Below are positions 19,807-27,706 of a stretch of DNA of 49,131 nt, piece by piece. A program made the translations under genes and the position numbers. This DNA is from a virus (taxonomy: Duplodnaviria > Caudoviricetes), in IMG/VR virus record IMGVR_UViG_3300029775_000339, positions 1 through 49,131 of that record; one strand, given 5' to 3'. Position 1 is the first letter of the stretch. Every line of letters starts with the position of its first letter. A model generated the notes under the pieces. It was given only the letters and a program-made list of their open reading frames with translations. It did not search any database and was not told the origin of the DNA.

Positions 19807-19843
19807 GAGCCTTGTGGGAGTAATCCTGCAGGGCTTTCTTTAT
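19807..19843 (+). terminator. Hairpin with GTAA loop upstream of HNH gene
   Basis: GAGCCTTGTGGGA-GTAA-TCCTGCAGGGCTT followed by TCTTTAT. Confidence 0.5.
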
Positions 19844-19863
19844 GCCCAAATGGAGGTGAACAG

Positions 19864-20223
19864 ATGCCAAGAAAGCCTAGAAGGCCGTGTTCCTTCCCTG
19901 GCTGTCCTAATCTTACAGACGGAAGGTACTGCAAGGAGCATGAGAAACAGGAGAATAAACGCTACGAGAAGTACGACAGAGACCCTGCTGTACGCCGTAG
20001 ATATGGTAGAGCATGGAAGAGAATCCGTGACAGTTATATTTCACAGCACCCGTTGTGTGAGGAATGCGAGAAGAACGGAAAGCTGATAAGAGCAGAAGAG
20101 GTTCATCATAAGAAACCTTTGTCTGAAGGTGGAACTCATGCCAGAGAGAATCTGATTGCACTTTGCAAAGAATGTCACGCAAGGACTCATGCAGAGAGTG
20201 GTGATAGGTGGCATAACTTTTAA
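19864..20223 (+). CDS. Phage packaging HNH endonuclease
   Basis: RBS GGAGGTG; MPRKPRRPC, PLCEEC, EVHHKKP and NLIALCKECH; immediately upstream of terS. Confidence 0.9.
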   Translation: MPRKPRRPCSFPGCPNLTDGRYCKEHEKQENKRYEKYDRDPAVRRRYGRAWKRIRDSYISQHPLCEECEKNGKLIRAEEVHHKKPLSEGGTHARENLIALCKECHARTHAESGDRWHNF

Positions 20224-20226
20224 CCT

Positions 20227-20290
20227 GGTAGGGGGAGTCAAATCTCTACAGCTTTTTAATTGGACAACGGGTGTGGGGTCACACGCACAA
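20227..20290. other. Putative cos / packaging site region
   Basis: G-rich intergenic segment (GGGGGAGTCAAATCTCT...CGGGTGTGGGGTCACAC) between HNH and terS, where cos lies in HK97-like cos phages. The exact cut site cannot be determined. Confidence 0.4.
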
Positions 20291-20346
20291 AAACCACAGT
20301 TCAAACAGGGGATTAAACCCAGCAAACTCAGAAAGGGGTGAAAATA

Positions 20347-20925
20347 GTGGCGAAAGATGGAACAAATAGAGGCGGTAGACGAGTTCGCGCAGGCGATAAG
20401 CCACTACCTCTTTCAGATAAAATTACAAAAGGCAAGGCAGCAAAAGTATTGGACGTCCCTGACCTACAGCCTGAAACAGCACTTAAAATTGATGAACCAG
20501 AAGAAGTGGCGGATTTGTATGGCGAGGATATGCCAGCACCAAGTGACTACCTTAGTGCAAGGCAAAGGGATGGTAAGCCGTTAGGAGCAGATTTATTATT
20601 CACTGAAACCTGGAAATGGCTGAAAGAACGTGGGTGTGAGAAGTTCGTCAATCCTAGATTGATTGAGGCCTATGCTCAGGCATTTACTAGATACATCCAG
20701 TGCGAAGAGGCTATCAGTACTTACGGACTCTTGGGGAAACATCCAACAACGGGTGGTGCTATAACAAGCCCATTTGTACAGATGAGCCAGTCGTTTCAAA
20801 AGCAGGCAAATCTCATCTGGTATGAGATTTTTGATATTGTAAAACAAAATTGCACCACATCATTTGTTGGAAATCCTCAAGACGATATTATGGAGGCACT
20901 TTTATCAGGCAGAAAAGGCAGGTAG
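20347..20925 (+). CDS. terS: Terminase small subunit (P27-like)
   Basis: MAKDGTNRGGRR..AG N-terminus, YAQ...RYIQCEEAI..YG, HPTTG and DDIMEALL; follows HNH. Confidence 0.85.
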   Translation: MAKDGTNRGGRRVRAGDKPLPLSDKITKGKAAKVLDVPDLQPETALKIDEPEEVADLYGEDMPAPSDYLSARQRDGKPLGADLLFTETWKWLKERGCEKFVNPRLIEAYAQAFTRYIQCEEAISTYGLLGKHPTTGGAITSPFVQMSQSFQKQANLIWYEIFDIVKQNCTTSFVGNPQDDIMEALLSGRKGR

Positions 20926-20928
20926 CTC

Positions 20929-21075
20929 ATGACTCTTAATATATTTTTAAAGCATCTAAAAATGCAAAGGAAAAAATTAACCATGCAACAGTATAAAACA
21001 ATACGTGGGCAAGCAATGGCCGGTGATATTGATGGTGCAAATAAAGATCTTATAAAATTACTAAGCCGGGGGTGA
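20929..21075 (+). CDS. Small hypothetical protein, 48 aa (absent from the ORF track)
   Basis: MTLNIFLKHLKMQRKKLTMQQYKTIRGQAMAGDIDGANKDLIKLLSRG exactly fills the gap between terS and the methyltransferase. Confidence 0.65.
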   Translation: MTLNIFLKHLKMQRKKLTMQQYKTIRGQAMAGDIDGANKDLIKLLSRG

Positions 21076-22331
21076 ATAATTTGGATAAAGAAAATAAATT
21101 CACACAGGAAATGCAGCAAGTGGAGATATCGAAGCTGGTACCCTATGCAAATAATTCAAGAACCCATAGCAAAGAGCAGATAAAAAAGCTGCAAGCAAGC
21201 CTACGGGAGTTTGGTTTTGTAAACCCGATTTTGATTGATAGAAAATATAATATCATTGCAGGACACGGCAGAGTATTAGCTGCAAAAGAAGATGGCTTAG
21301 AAACAGTGCCTTGTGTATTTGTAGACCATTTAACTGAGGCTCAAAAGAAAGCTTACATTATTGCAGATAACAGACTCGCTGAAGATGCAGGGTGGGATAA
21401 AGAATTGTTATCCGTAGAACTGGAAAGTTTGAAGGAACTTGAATTTGATATTGATCTTTTAGGATTTGATGCAGCCGAATTAAATACACTTTTAAATGCT
21501 GCTGAGGATGTACAAGAAGATGATTTTGATGTTGAAGGAGAACTAAAAAAGCCTACATTCTCAAAACAAGGAGATTTGTGGATTTTAGGAAGACACCGTC
21601 TTATATGTGGGGACAGCACAAAATCAGAAACCTATGAAAAATTGATGGATGGTAAAAAGGCAAACCTAATCGTTACTGATCCACCGTATAATGTGAAATA
21701 TGAAGGCACTGCAGGAAAGATACAAAATGATAATCTTTCGGCAGATGCTTTTTTTAATTTCCTTTTTGATAGCTTTAGCAATATGGAAAAGGTATTAGCC
21801 GATGACGGTTCTATTTATGTTTTCCATGCTGATACCGAAGGACTTAATTTTAGAAAGGCTTTTTCAGACAGCGGATTTTATTTAAGCGGCACTTGTATTT
21901 GGAAAAAGCAAAGCCTTGTTCTAGGAAGAAGTCCATATCAATGGCAGCATGAACCAGTCCTTTTTGGATGGAAGAAAACGGGTAAACATCAATGGTATTC
22001 GGATAGAAAGCAAACCACTATATGGGAATTTGATAGGCCAAGTAAAAATGCTGACCACCCAACGATGAAACCAGTAGCACTTATAGCTTATCCAATCGGA
22101 AACTCAAGCCTTACCAATTCAATTGTTCTTGACCCCTTTGGTGGCAGTGGTTCAACACTGATAGCCTGTGAGCAAATAGATAGAATTTGCTGTATCGCAG
22201 AACTGGATGAGAAGTACTGTGATGTTATTGTAAAAAGGTATATAGAACAGGTCGGTTCATCCAAAAATGTATCAGTTCAGCGTGAGGGTGTGACCTACCA
22301 ATATGATGAATTGGAGGCAGAAAATGAATAA
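21072..22331 (+). CDS. ParB-N domain + N6/N4 DNA methyltransferase (beta class)
   Basis: IIAGHGR and ADNRLA (ParB/Srx); TDPPYN, HPTMKP and DPFGGSGST. Confidence 0.92.
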   Translation: MNNLDKENKFTQEMQQVEISKLVPYANNSRTHSKEQIKKLQASLREFGFVNPILIDRKYNIIAGHGRVLAAKEDGLETVPCVFVDHLTEAQKKAYIIADNRLAEDAGWDKELLSVELESLKELEFDIDLLGFDAAELNTLLNAAEDVQEDDFDVEGELKKPTFSKQGDLWILGRHRLICGDSTKSETYEKLMDGKKANLIVTDPPYNVKYEGTAGKIQNDNLSADAFFNFLFDSFSNMEKVLADDGSIYVFHADTEGLNFRKAFSDSGFYLSGTCIWKKQSLVLGRSPYQWQHEPVLFGWKKTGKHQWYSDRKQTTIWEFDRPSKNADHPTMKPVALIAYPIGNSSLTNSIVLDPFGGSGSTLIACEQIDRICCIAELDEKYCDVIVKRYIEQVGSSKNVSVQREGVTYQYDELEAENE

Positions 22332-22456
22332 ATTAACCCTCGGCAGTCTGTTTGACGGCTCCGGCGGGTTTCCTTTAGGCGGCTTACTTTCCTGCATCAC
22401 CCCAGTGTGGGCTTCGGAAATCGAGCCGTTTCCTATTAGGGTAACAAGCAAACGGC
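22324..22456 (+). pseudogene. 5' fragment of a C5 cytosine methyltransferase, cut by the IS
   Basis: MNKLTLGSLFDGSGGFPLG...WASEIEPFPIRVTSKR contains motif I (FxGxGG) and motif II, then runs into the IS left end and stops at 22473. Confidence 0.85.
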
Positions 22457-23982
22457 CAATGTCGTCAACTTAAGAGATAAAGAAAAAAGTCAAAAATATT
22501 TAAAAAAACACTTGACAATAGGATAAAAATTTGTAGCCTCCCAGTGAATATTACATTTACTGGGAGGCATTTTCATGAATCATATAAAAATTTTATCAAT
22601 TATTCTAAGACGAACTAATACTCTAATAAAATCTGAAGATTATAAAGAATCCTACAGAATAGGCAACTCATTTTCAAGAAATAGAAAATTATCCTTTTCT
22701 AATGCTATTTATTTTATCTGCTCTGCACTTCGAAAATCACTTTCTTCTGAAATACATAATTTTATTGGTGAACATTCTTATTTAGAGTTTCCTGATATAT
22801 CAAAACAAGCATTTTCAAAAGCAAGACAAAACATTTCCCCCGAGGCTTTTAAAGAGCTTTGTAGGCTATTTGTTGACTCTTACTACAACTCGAATATAAA
22901 TCTTAAAAAATGGAATGGATTTAATATTTTTGCTATTGATGGAACTACATTGCAAATACCAGATACATCAGAAAATATTGAACACTTTGGAGCAAGCACA
23001 AATCAATCAAAGACTAAAACTGCCCTTGCGTCGGCATCAGCCCTATATGATGTTTTAAATGACATTGTTATTGATGCTGTAATATCGCGTTATAGAACAA
23101 GTGAAAGAGAACTAGTTAAACAACATATAAATTCTATAAATAATGCTAAATTATTAGACAATAGTGTTGTACTTTTTGATAGAGGTTATCCCTCATATGA
23201 GATGTTTGACTTCTTAGACGAGAAGGGGTTGTTCTTTGTAATACGTTTATCATCATCTTACAAAGAAATACAAGCAATTAATTCAAATGATTCTATTTTA
23301 AATTATAATTTTGGACCAATTTCAAAGAAAGTAAGAATTATAAAAATCAAACTTCCTGATGGGACTATAGAAATGTTAGCAACCAATATTTTTGACAAAA
23401 GTATTACTACCACTTTATTCAAGGAATTATATTTTCTTAGGTGGGGCATTGAGTGTAAATACAAAGAACTTAAAAGTAGTATTGAAATAGAAGAATTTTC
23501 AGGAACTAAGCCAATTGCTATAAAGCAAGATTTTTATGTATCTATTTATTTATCTATGGTTGCATCACTTATAAAGACTGATGCCGATGCTGCGATAGCA
23601 AATGATAATAAACATAAAACCTTAAAATCAGAATATCAAGCAAATAGAAATTTTATATTAAGTGAAGTTTTGAAAAAGATTGTAACTATCATGGTGAAGC
23701 CTATTTCAGGGAAGCGAATATTAGAAATTTTATTAGAAAAAGCTAAAAAAATACGTTCACAAATACGCCCAAACCGTACTTGTGAACGAAAAAATAAACA
23801 CCCAAGGAAAAAGCATCATTCTCAAAGGAAATCTTGCATATAAGTCTATAAAAACTAAATATTCCCAAAAACTACTTTTACCAGTAGGTTTATTAATTGT
23901 ACCATTTTTTTGTTAAATAGCACAATTATTTTTAAATTTATTGTAATTTTTATATTACTGTTTTGTTAAGTTGACGACATTG
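22457..23982 (+). mobile_element. Complete IS4-family insertion sequence, 1526 bp, 17-bp terminal IRs, no target duplication
   Basis: CAATGTCGTCAACTTAA (22457-22473) / TTAAGTTGACGACATTG (23966-23982); the second copy at 1-77 confirms the right end. Confidence 0.93.
22575..23843 (+). CDS. IS4-family DDE transposase
   Basis: AIDGT, FDRGY and Y..RWGIE..YKELK (YREK signature). Confidence 0.93.
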   Translation: MNHIKILSIILRRTNTLIKSEDYKESYRIGNSFSRNRKLSFSNAIYFICSALRKSLSSEIHNFIGEHSYLEFPDISKQAFSKARQNISPEAFKELCRLFVDSYYNSNINLKKWNGFNIFAIDGTTLQIPDTSENIEHFGASTNQSKTKTALASASALYDVLNDIVIDAVISRYRTSERELVKQHINSINNAKLLDNSVVLFDRGYPSYEMFDFLDEKGLFFVIRLSSSYKEIQAINSNDSILNYNFGPISKKVRIIKIKLPDGTIEMLATNIFDKSITTTLFKELYFLRWGIECKYKELKSSIEIEEFSGTKPIAIKQDFYVSIYLSMVASLIKTDADAAIANDNKHKTLKSEYQANRNFILSEVLKKIVTIMVKPISGKRILEILLEKAKKIRSQIRPNRTCERKNKHPRKKHHSQRKSCI

Positions 23983-24315
23983 GCCGTGCAGATGGTTCAG
24001 AACCTTGAAGGTTTAGGCTTTACTGTAGTTCCTTTTGGTCAGGGTTATAAGGATATGAGTCCGCCTACAAAGGAGTTTATGAAAATAACCTTAGAACAGA
24101 AAATAGCACATGGAGCACATCCAGTACTCTCCTGGATGATGGATAATGTTTATGTTAGAACCGACCCTGCAGGAAATATAAAGCCGGATAAAGCAAAGTC
24201 CACTGAAAAAATAGATGGTGTTGTGGCACTTGTTATGGCACTGGATAGGGCAATAAGGAGAGAAATGAAAGAAAATATTTATGAAAAAAGAGGAATGAGA
24301 AGCTTACTTGATTAG
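23983..24315 (+). pseudogene. terL: 3' fragment of terminase large subunit (end of nuclease domain)
   Basis: AVQMVQNLEG.GFTVVPFGQG, HPVLSWMMDN, DPAGNIKPDK and KIDGVVALVMAL; begins at the IS end; the ATPase domain is absent. Confidence 0.9.
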
Positions 24316-24326
24316 GAAGTGATATT

Positions 24327-25610
24327 TTGAAGTTTATAGATAGATGTAAGTTGTTTTTTACTCCGCAAAATGCATTATTTGAAGTCCTGCAGAAATATTC
24401 CCAGGATTTTTTAGCTGGAGAGGATGTGCCAGTAGACAATTGGAGAATAGATACAGATACAGCTATGGGATTTTCAGCTGTGTTTGCCTGTAACAAGGTT
24501 CTTTCAGAAACACTTGCCAGCTGTCCCATACTTCTCTATGAAAAAGACGATAAAGGCAACAGACATCAGGTAACAGATACTCCTGAATATGGAGTTTTAC
24601 ATTACGCACCAAATGCTGAAATGACACCGGGACAATTTAAAGAGTTTGGTATGACAAATATTAACCTTGGAGGTAATTTTACAGCACAGAAAGTTTTTAA
24701 TCTACATGGAGAACTTCTAGAGCTGAGGCCTATATCCTGGGAAAGGATAAGAATTGATATAGATAAAACCACAGGGAGACTCCTTTATTTTATTGATGGA
24801 AAACAAGAGCCTAAAACAAGAGATGAAATACTTCACATTCCGGGACTTACCCTAGATGGCTACATTGGAATAACACCACTTACTTATGCAGCACTAACTG
24901 TTGATGTTGGATTATCTCAAGATAAATTTGAAAGAAACTTTTATCACAACAGGGCATCAACTAGTGGAATATTTCAGTATCCAAATGAACTTGGAGAGGA
25001 AGCTTTTCAAAGACTTAAAAAAGATATCAAGAAAAACTATATGGGATTTTCCAATGCAGGAGTTCCAATGATACTGGAAGGCGGCGGTCAATTTAAGGAA
25101 ATCACTATGAAGCTTACAGATGCACAGTTTTTAGAATCCAAAAGATTCAGGATAGAGGATGTGTGCAGGATATTTAGAGTGCCCCTTCATCTGGTACAGG
25201 ACTTAACAAGGTCTACTAACAATAACATAGAGCATCAGAGCCTTGAATTCATTGTGTACACCATGCTGCCATGGTTTAAAAGATGGGAAGAAAATTTAAA
25301 TTTACAGCTTTTATCAAATGACTCAAAGAGGAGAAATAGATATTTTGAATTCAATATAAGTGGCCTTCTCCGCGGAGATATTAAATCCAGATATGAAGCC
25401 TATGCTCAAGGCAGGCAGTGGGGATGGCTTTCAGTTAATGATATCAGAAGGCTTGAAAATATGAATCCTGTGGAAGGGGGAGATATCTACATGCAGCCAC
25501 TAAATTGTATTGATGCAACTATGGCAAATGAATATTTTAAGAAACGGGATGAATCTAAAAATAAAATTATAAGAGAGGAGATATTTAATTTAATAAATGA
25601 AGGGAAGTGA
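24327..25610 (+). CDS. HK97-family portal protein
   Basis: SAVFAC..VLSETLA, EILHIPG, DAQFLESKRF, FRVP and SVNDIRRLEN. Confidence 0.92.
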   Translation: MKFIDRCKLFFTPQNALFEVLQKYSQDFLAGEDVPVDNWRIDTDTAMGFSAVFACNKVLSETLASCPILLYEKDDKGNRHQVTDTPEYGVLHYAPNAEMTPGQFKEFGMTNINLGGNFTAQKVFNLHGELLELRPISWERIRIDIDKTTGRLLYFIDGKQEPKTRDEILHIPGLTLDGYIGITPLTYAALTVDVGLSQDKFERNFYHNRASTSGIFQYPNELGEEAFQRLKKDIKKNYMGFSNAGVPMILEGGGQFKEITMKLTDAQFLESKRFRIEDVCRIFRVPLHLVQDLTRSTNNNIEHQSLEFIVYTMLPWFKRWEENLNLQLLSNDSKRRNRYFEFNISGLLRGDIKSRYEAYAQGRQWGWLSVNDIRRLENMNPVEGGDIYMQPLNCIDATMANEYFKKRDESKNKIIREEIFNLINEGK

Positions 25611-26365
25611 TTATATTGTCATTTTGGAACTTTAAAAACAGTGAAGAAAATGAAGATGAGATAGAACTTAGAATTGATGGAGATATTGCCATGGATGATG
25701 ATTTTTGGTCTATGTTATTTGGAATAGAAAATGTAACACCAAAAGGATTTATGGCAGAACTCAGCAAGTATAAGGGAAAAAACATAAATGTGTGGCTCAA
25801 TTCTTATGGCGGAAACGTGTACGCAGCTTCCAGAATTTACACGGCTCTTAAAGAGCATAAGGGAAAAGTAAAGGTAAAAATAGATGGTGTTGCAATATCG
25901 GCAGCCTCCGTAATTGCTATGGCAGGGGATGAGATTTTAATGTCACCTACTTCAATATTAATGGTTCACAACCCCTGGGGAAATTTTCAGGGTGAGGCTA
26001 AAGACTTAAGACATGGTGCGGATGTACTTGATGAAGTAAAGGAAACTATAATTAATGCCTACCAACTTAAAACAGGAAAATCAAGGGCAAAGATATCACA
26101 GATGATGGATGAGGAAACCTGGATGAGTGCTAAAAAAGCAGTTAGTGAAGGATTTGCAGATGGGATTCTTTATTCTGAAAGTGAAGTGGAATCTACACAA
26201 AATTCCTTTATGTTCAGTAGGTTTGCAATACAAAATAGTGTAAATGACAGCACTAGAGAATTTATAGAGAAGTATAATAAAAAATTTAAGGAATTAAAAC
26301 AAGATGGGGAAGCCAATAAAATTAAATTACTAAAAGCAAAACTTGCCTTAGAGTGTGAACTTTAG
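25607..26365 (+). CDS. ClpP-type prohead maturation protease
   Basis: NSYGG, IDGVAISAASVI, MVHNP and ETWMSA..A...GFAD. Confidence 0.92.
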   Translation: MIILSFWNFKNSEENEDEIELRIDGDIAMDDDFWSMLFGIENVTPKGFMAELSKYKGKNINVWLNSYGGNVYAASRIYTALKEHKGKVKVKIDGVAISAASVIAMAGDEILMSPTSILMVHNPWGNFQGEAKDLRHGADVLDEVKETIINAYQLKTGKSRAKISQMMDEETWMSAKKAVSEGFADGILYSESEVESTQNSFMFSRFAIQNSVNDSTREFIEKYNKKFKELKQDGEANKIKLLKAKLALECEL

Positions 26366-26402
26366 TGAAAATCAAGAATTATTACAGGAGGAGGTAAGAA
26401 CA

Positions 26403-27206
26403 GTGGGGAATATTATACCGGCACAAAATAACCTGCCTGATAATATAGAAGATTTAAGTAAATTTGTATTGGTAGGCAGGGAAAAACTTGTATCTGTGAA
26501 GGCAGAAATAAGGGCAATAGATAAATTAAATTTAGCTACAGAAGTAAGAGACCAGAAGAAAGAAGAATGTTCTATGCTTGCAGAAGCTCTTTTGGATGCC
26601 GAAACCAGGTTGGGAGATTTATTAAAACAGATACCTAAAGATAACAGATTTAAAGGAAACCAATATAAAGAGGTTAATTCGCAGCAATGCGATATAAGCA
26701 AAGAAATTTGCCAAAAGGACAGCAGTGTCCATTCAGCAGAAAATAATCGTATTGGTTCCAGGTTTGAAAAACCAAAACATGAGGTAATAGAGGAATTAGG
26801 ATTTAACCGGAAACAGGCAAATAGGTTTGAAATTTTAGCCAATAACAAAGATCTAGTGGAACAAGTCAAACAGGAAGCTAGAGAAAATGATGATATTCCC
26901 ACAAGGACAAGAGTTCTGGAGCTTGCCAGAGCCAGAAAGAAAAAACAGGACGGAAGTCCATTAAAAGAACCCGATGGTGTTGAAGAATATTGTAAATACA
27001 TGGATGAATGTAAAAGTATAACTGTTAAGTTCAACAATACTTTGTTGAAGCTTTCATTATTAGATGTTGATGACAGGACGCTAGGTATGTGGGGAAAATT
27101 ATTAGATAAAGATGACATTGAAAGAAAAATAGAAAAAGTAGAGACAGCAATACCTAAACTTTTAAAGATTCAAAAATTTCTTAGGGGGGTGTTGAAAAAT
27201 GGGTAA
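26403..27206 (+). CDS. Hypothetical helical protein with HTH-like segment, inserted in the head module
   Basis: Strong RBS AGGAGGAGG before GTG 26403; segment KPKHEVIEELGFNRKQANRFE is HTH-like; no catalytic motif seen. Confidence 0.75.
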   Translation: MGNIIPAQNNLPDNIEDLSKFVLVGREKLVSVKAEIRAIDKLNLATEVRDQKKEECSMLAEALLDAETRLGDLLKQIPKDNRFKGNQYKEVNSQQCDISKEICQKDSSVHSAENNRIGSRFEKPKHEVIEELGFNRKQANRFEILANNKDLVEQVKQEARENDDIPTRTRVLELARARKKKQDGSPLKEPDGVEEYCKYMDECKSITVKFNNTLLKLSLLDVDDRTLGMWGKLLDKDDIERKIEKVETAIPKLLKIQKFLRGVLKNG

Positions 27207-27606
27207 AAGACTATTTGATGACAGGGTGAAAGAATTAATATGCAAGAAAATGGAAGAGTTGGGAGCTGAAATCACGCAGGAACAGGTTATAGAAATAATA
27301 GAGCCTTATGTTGAAGATGAAATTAATATAGCAAAGTTAAAGGAATCCTATAAAAAGACAATTGCAAACCGTCTTATATCCAGCTTTAGAGATGATAAAG
27401 GCTTGAGAGATTGGTATGCCATACGGGAAAAATCTATCTCAAGATATATAAATATTGAGCAGACAACAAATGTGAAAGACCTGGAAATTGTAGACACATC
27501 CATTGAAAATAGAATTGCAGGCTTAAGGGCATCTAAAAACAAAGTCAATAAAATATTTAAGCAGATAGCAGGTCAGATATCAATGGATGAGTTAAGCAGG
27601 CGATAA
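27199..27606 (+). CDS. Hypothetical protein, 135 aa, translationally coupled to the previous gene
   Basis: 8-bp overlap, G-rich RBS; ends GQISMDELSRR. Confidence 0.75.
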   Translation: MGKRLFDDRVKELICKKMEELGAEITQEQVIEIIEPYVEDEINIAKLKESYKKTIANRLISSFRDDKGLRDWYAIREKSISRYINIEQTTNVKDLEIVDTSIENRIAGLRASKNKVNKIFKQIAGQISMDELSRR

Positions 27607-27706
27607 TTATTTTCTAAGTAAATATATCAAACATAGTATAGAACTTACCTTAAGGTGCCAGCTTTAGGGTTTTTATCATGTAAAATTTGAAAGGCAGGTA
27701 ATAAAT

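Noticed and set aside
17710-19863. N-terminal extensions given by the track for the SNF2 helicase (17710) and HNH (19729)
   Set aside because: The extensions overlap the VRR-NUC gene or the late control region; downstream ATGs (17851, 19864) have RBSs and family-typical N-termini.
23971-24315. Track ORF as an intact 114-aa gene
   Set aside because: The start codon lies inside the IS inverted repeat; the rest is a terL remnant.
26372-27118. 248-aa minus-strand ORF
   Set aside because: Ser/Leu/Phe-rich mirror of the Glu/Lys-rich plus-strand gene, which has a strong RBS and is coupled to its neighbour.
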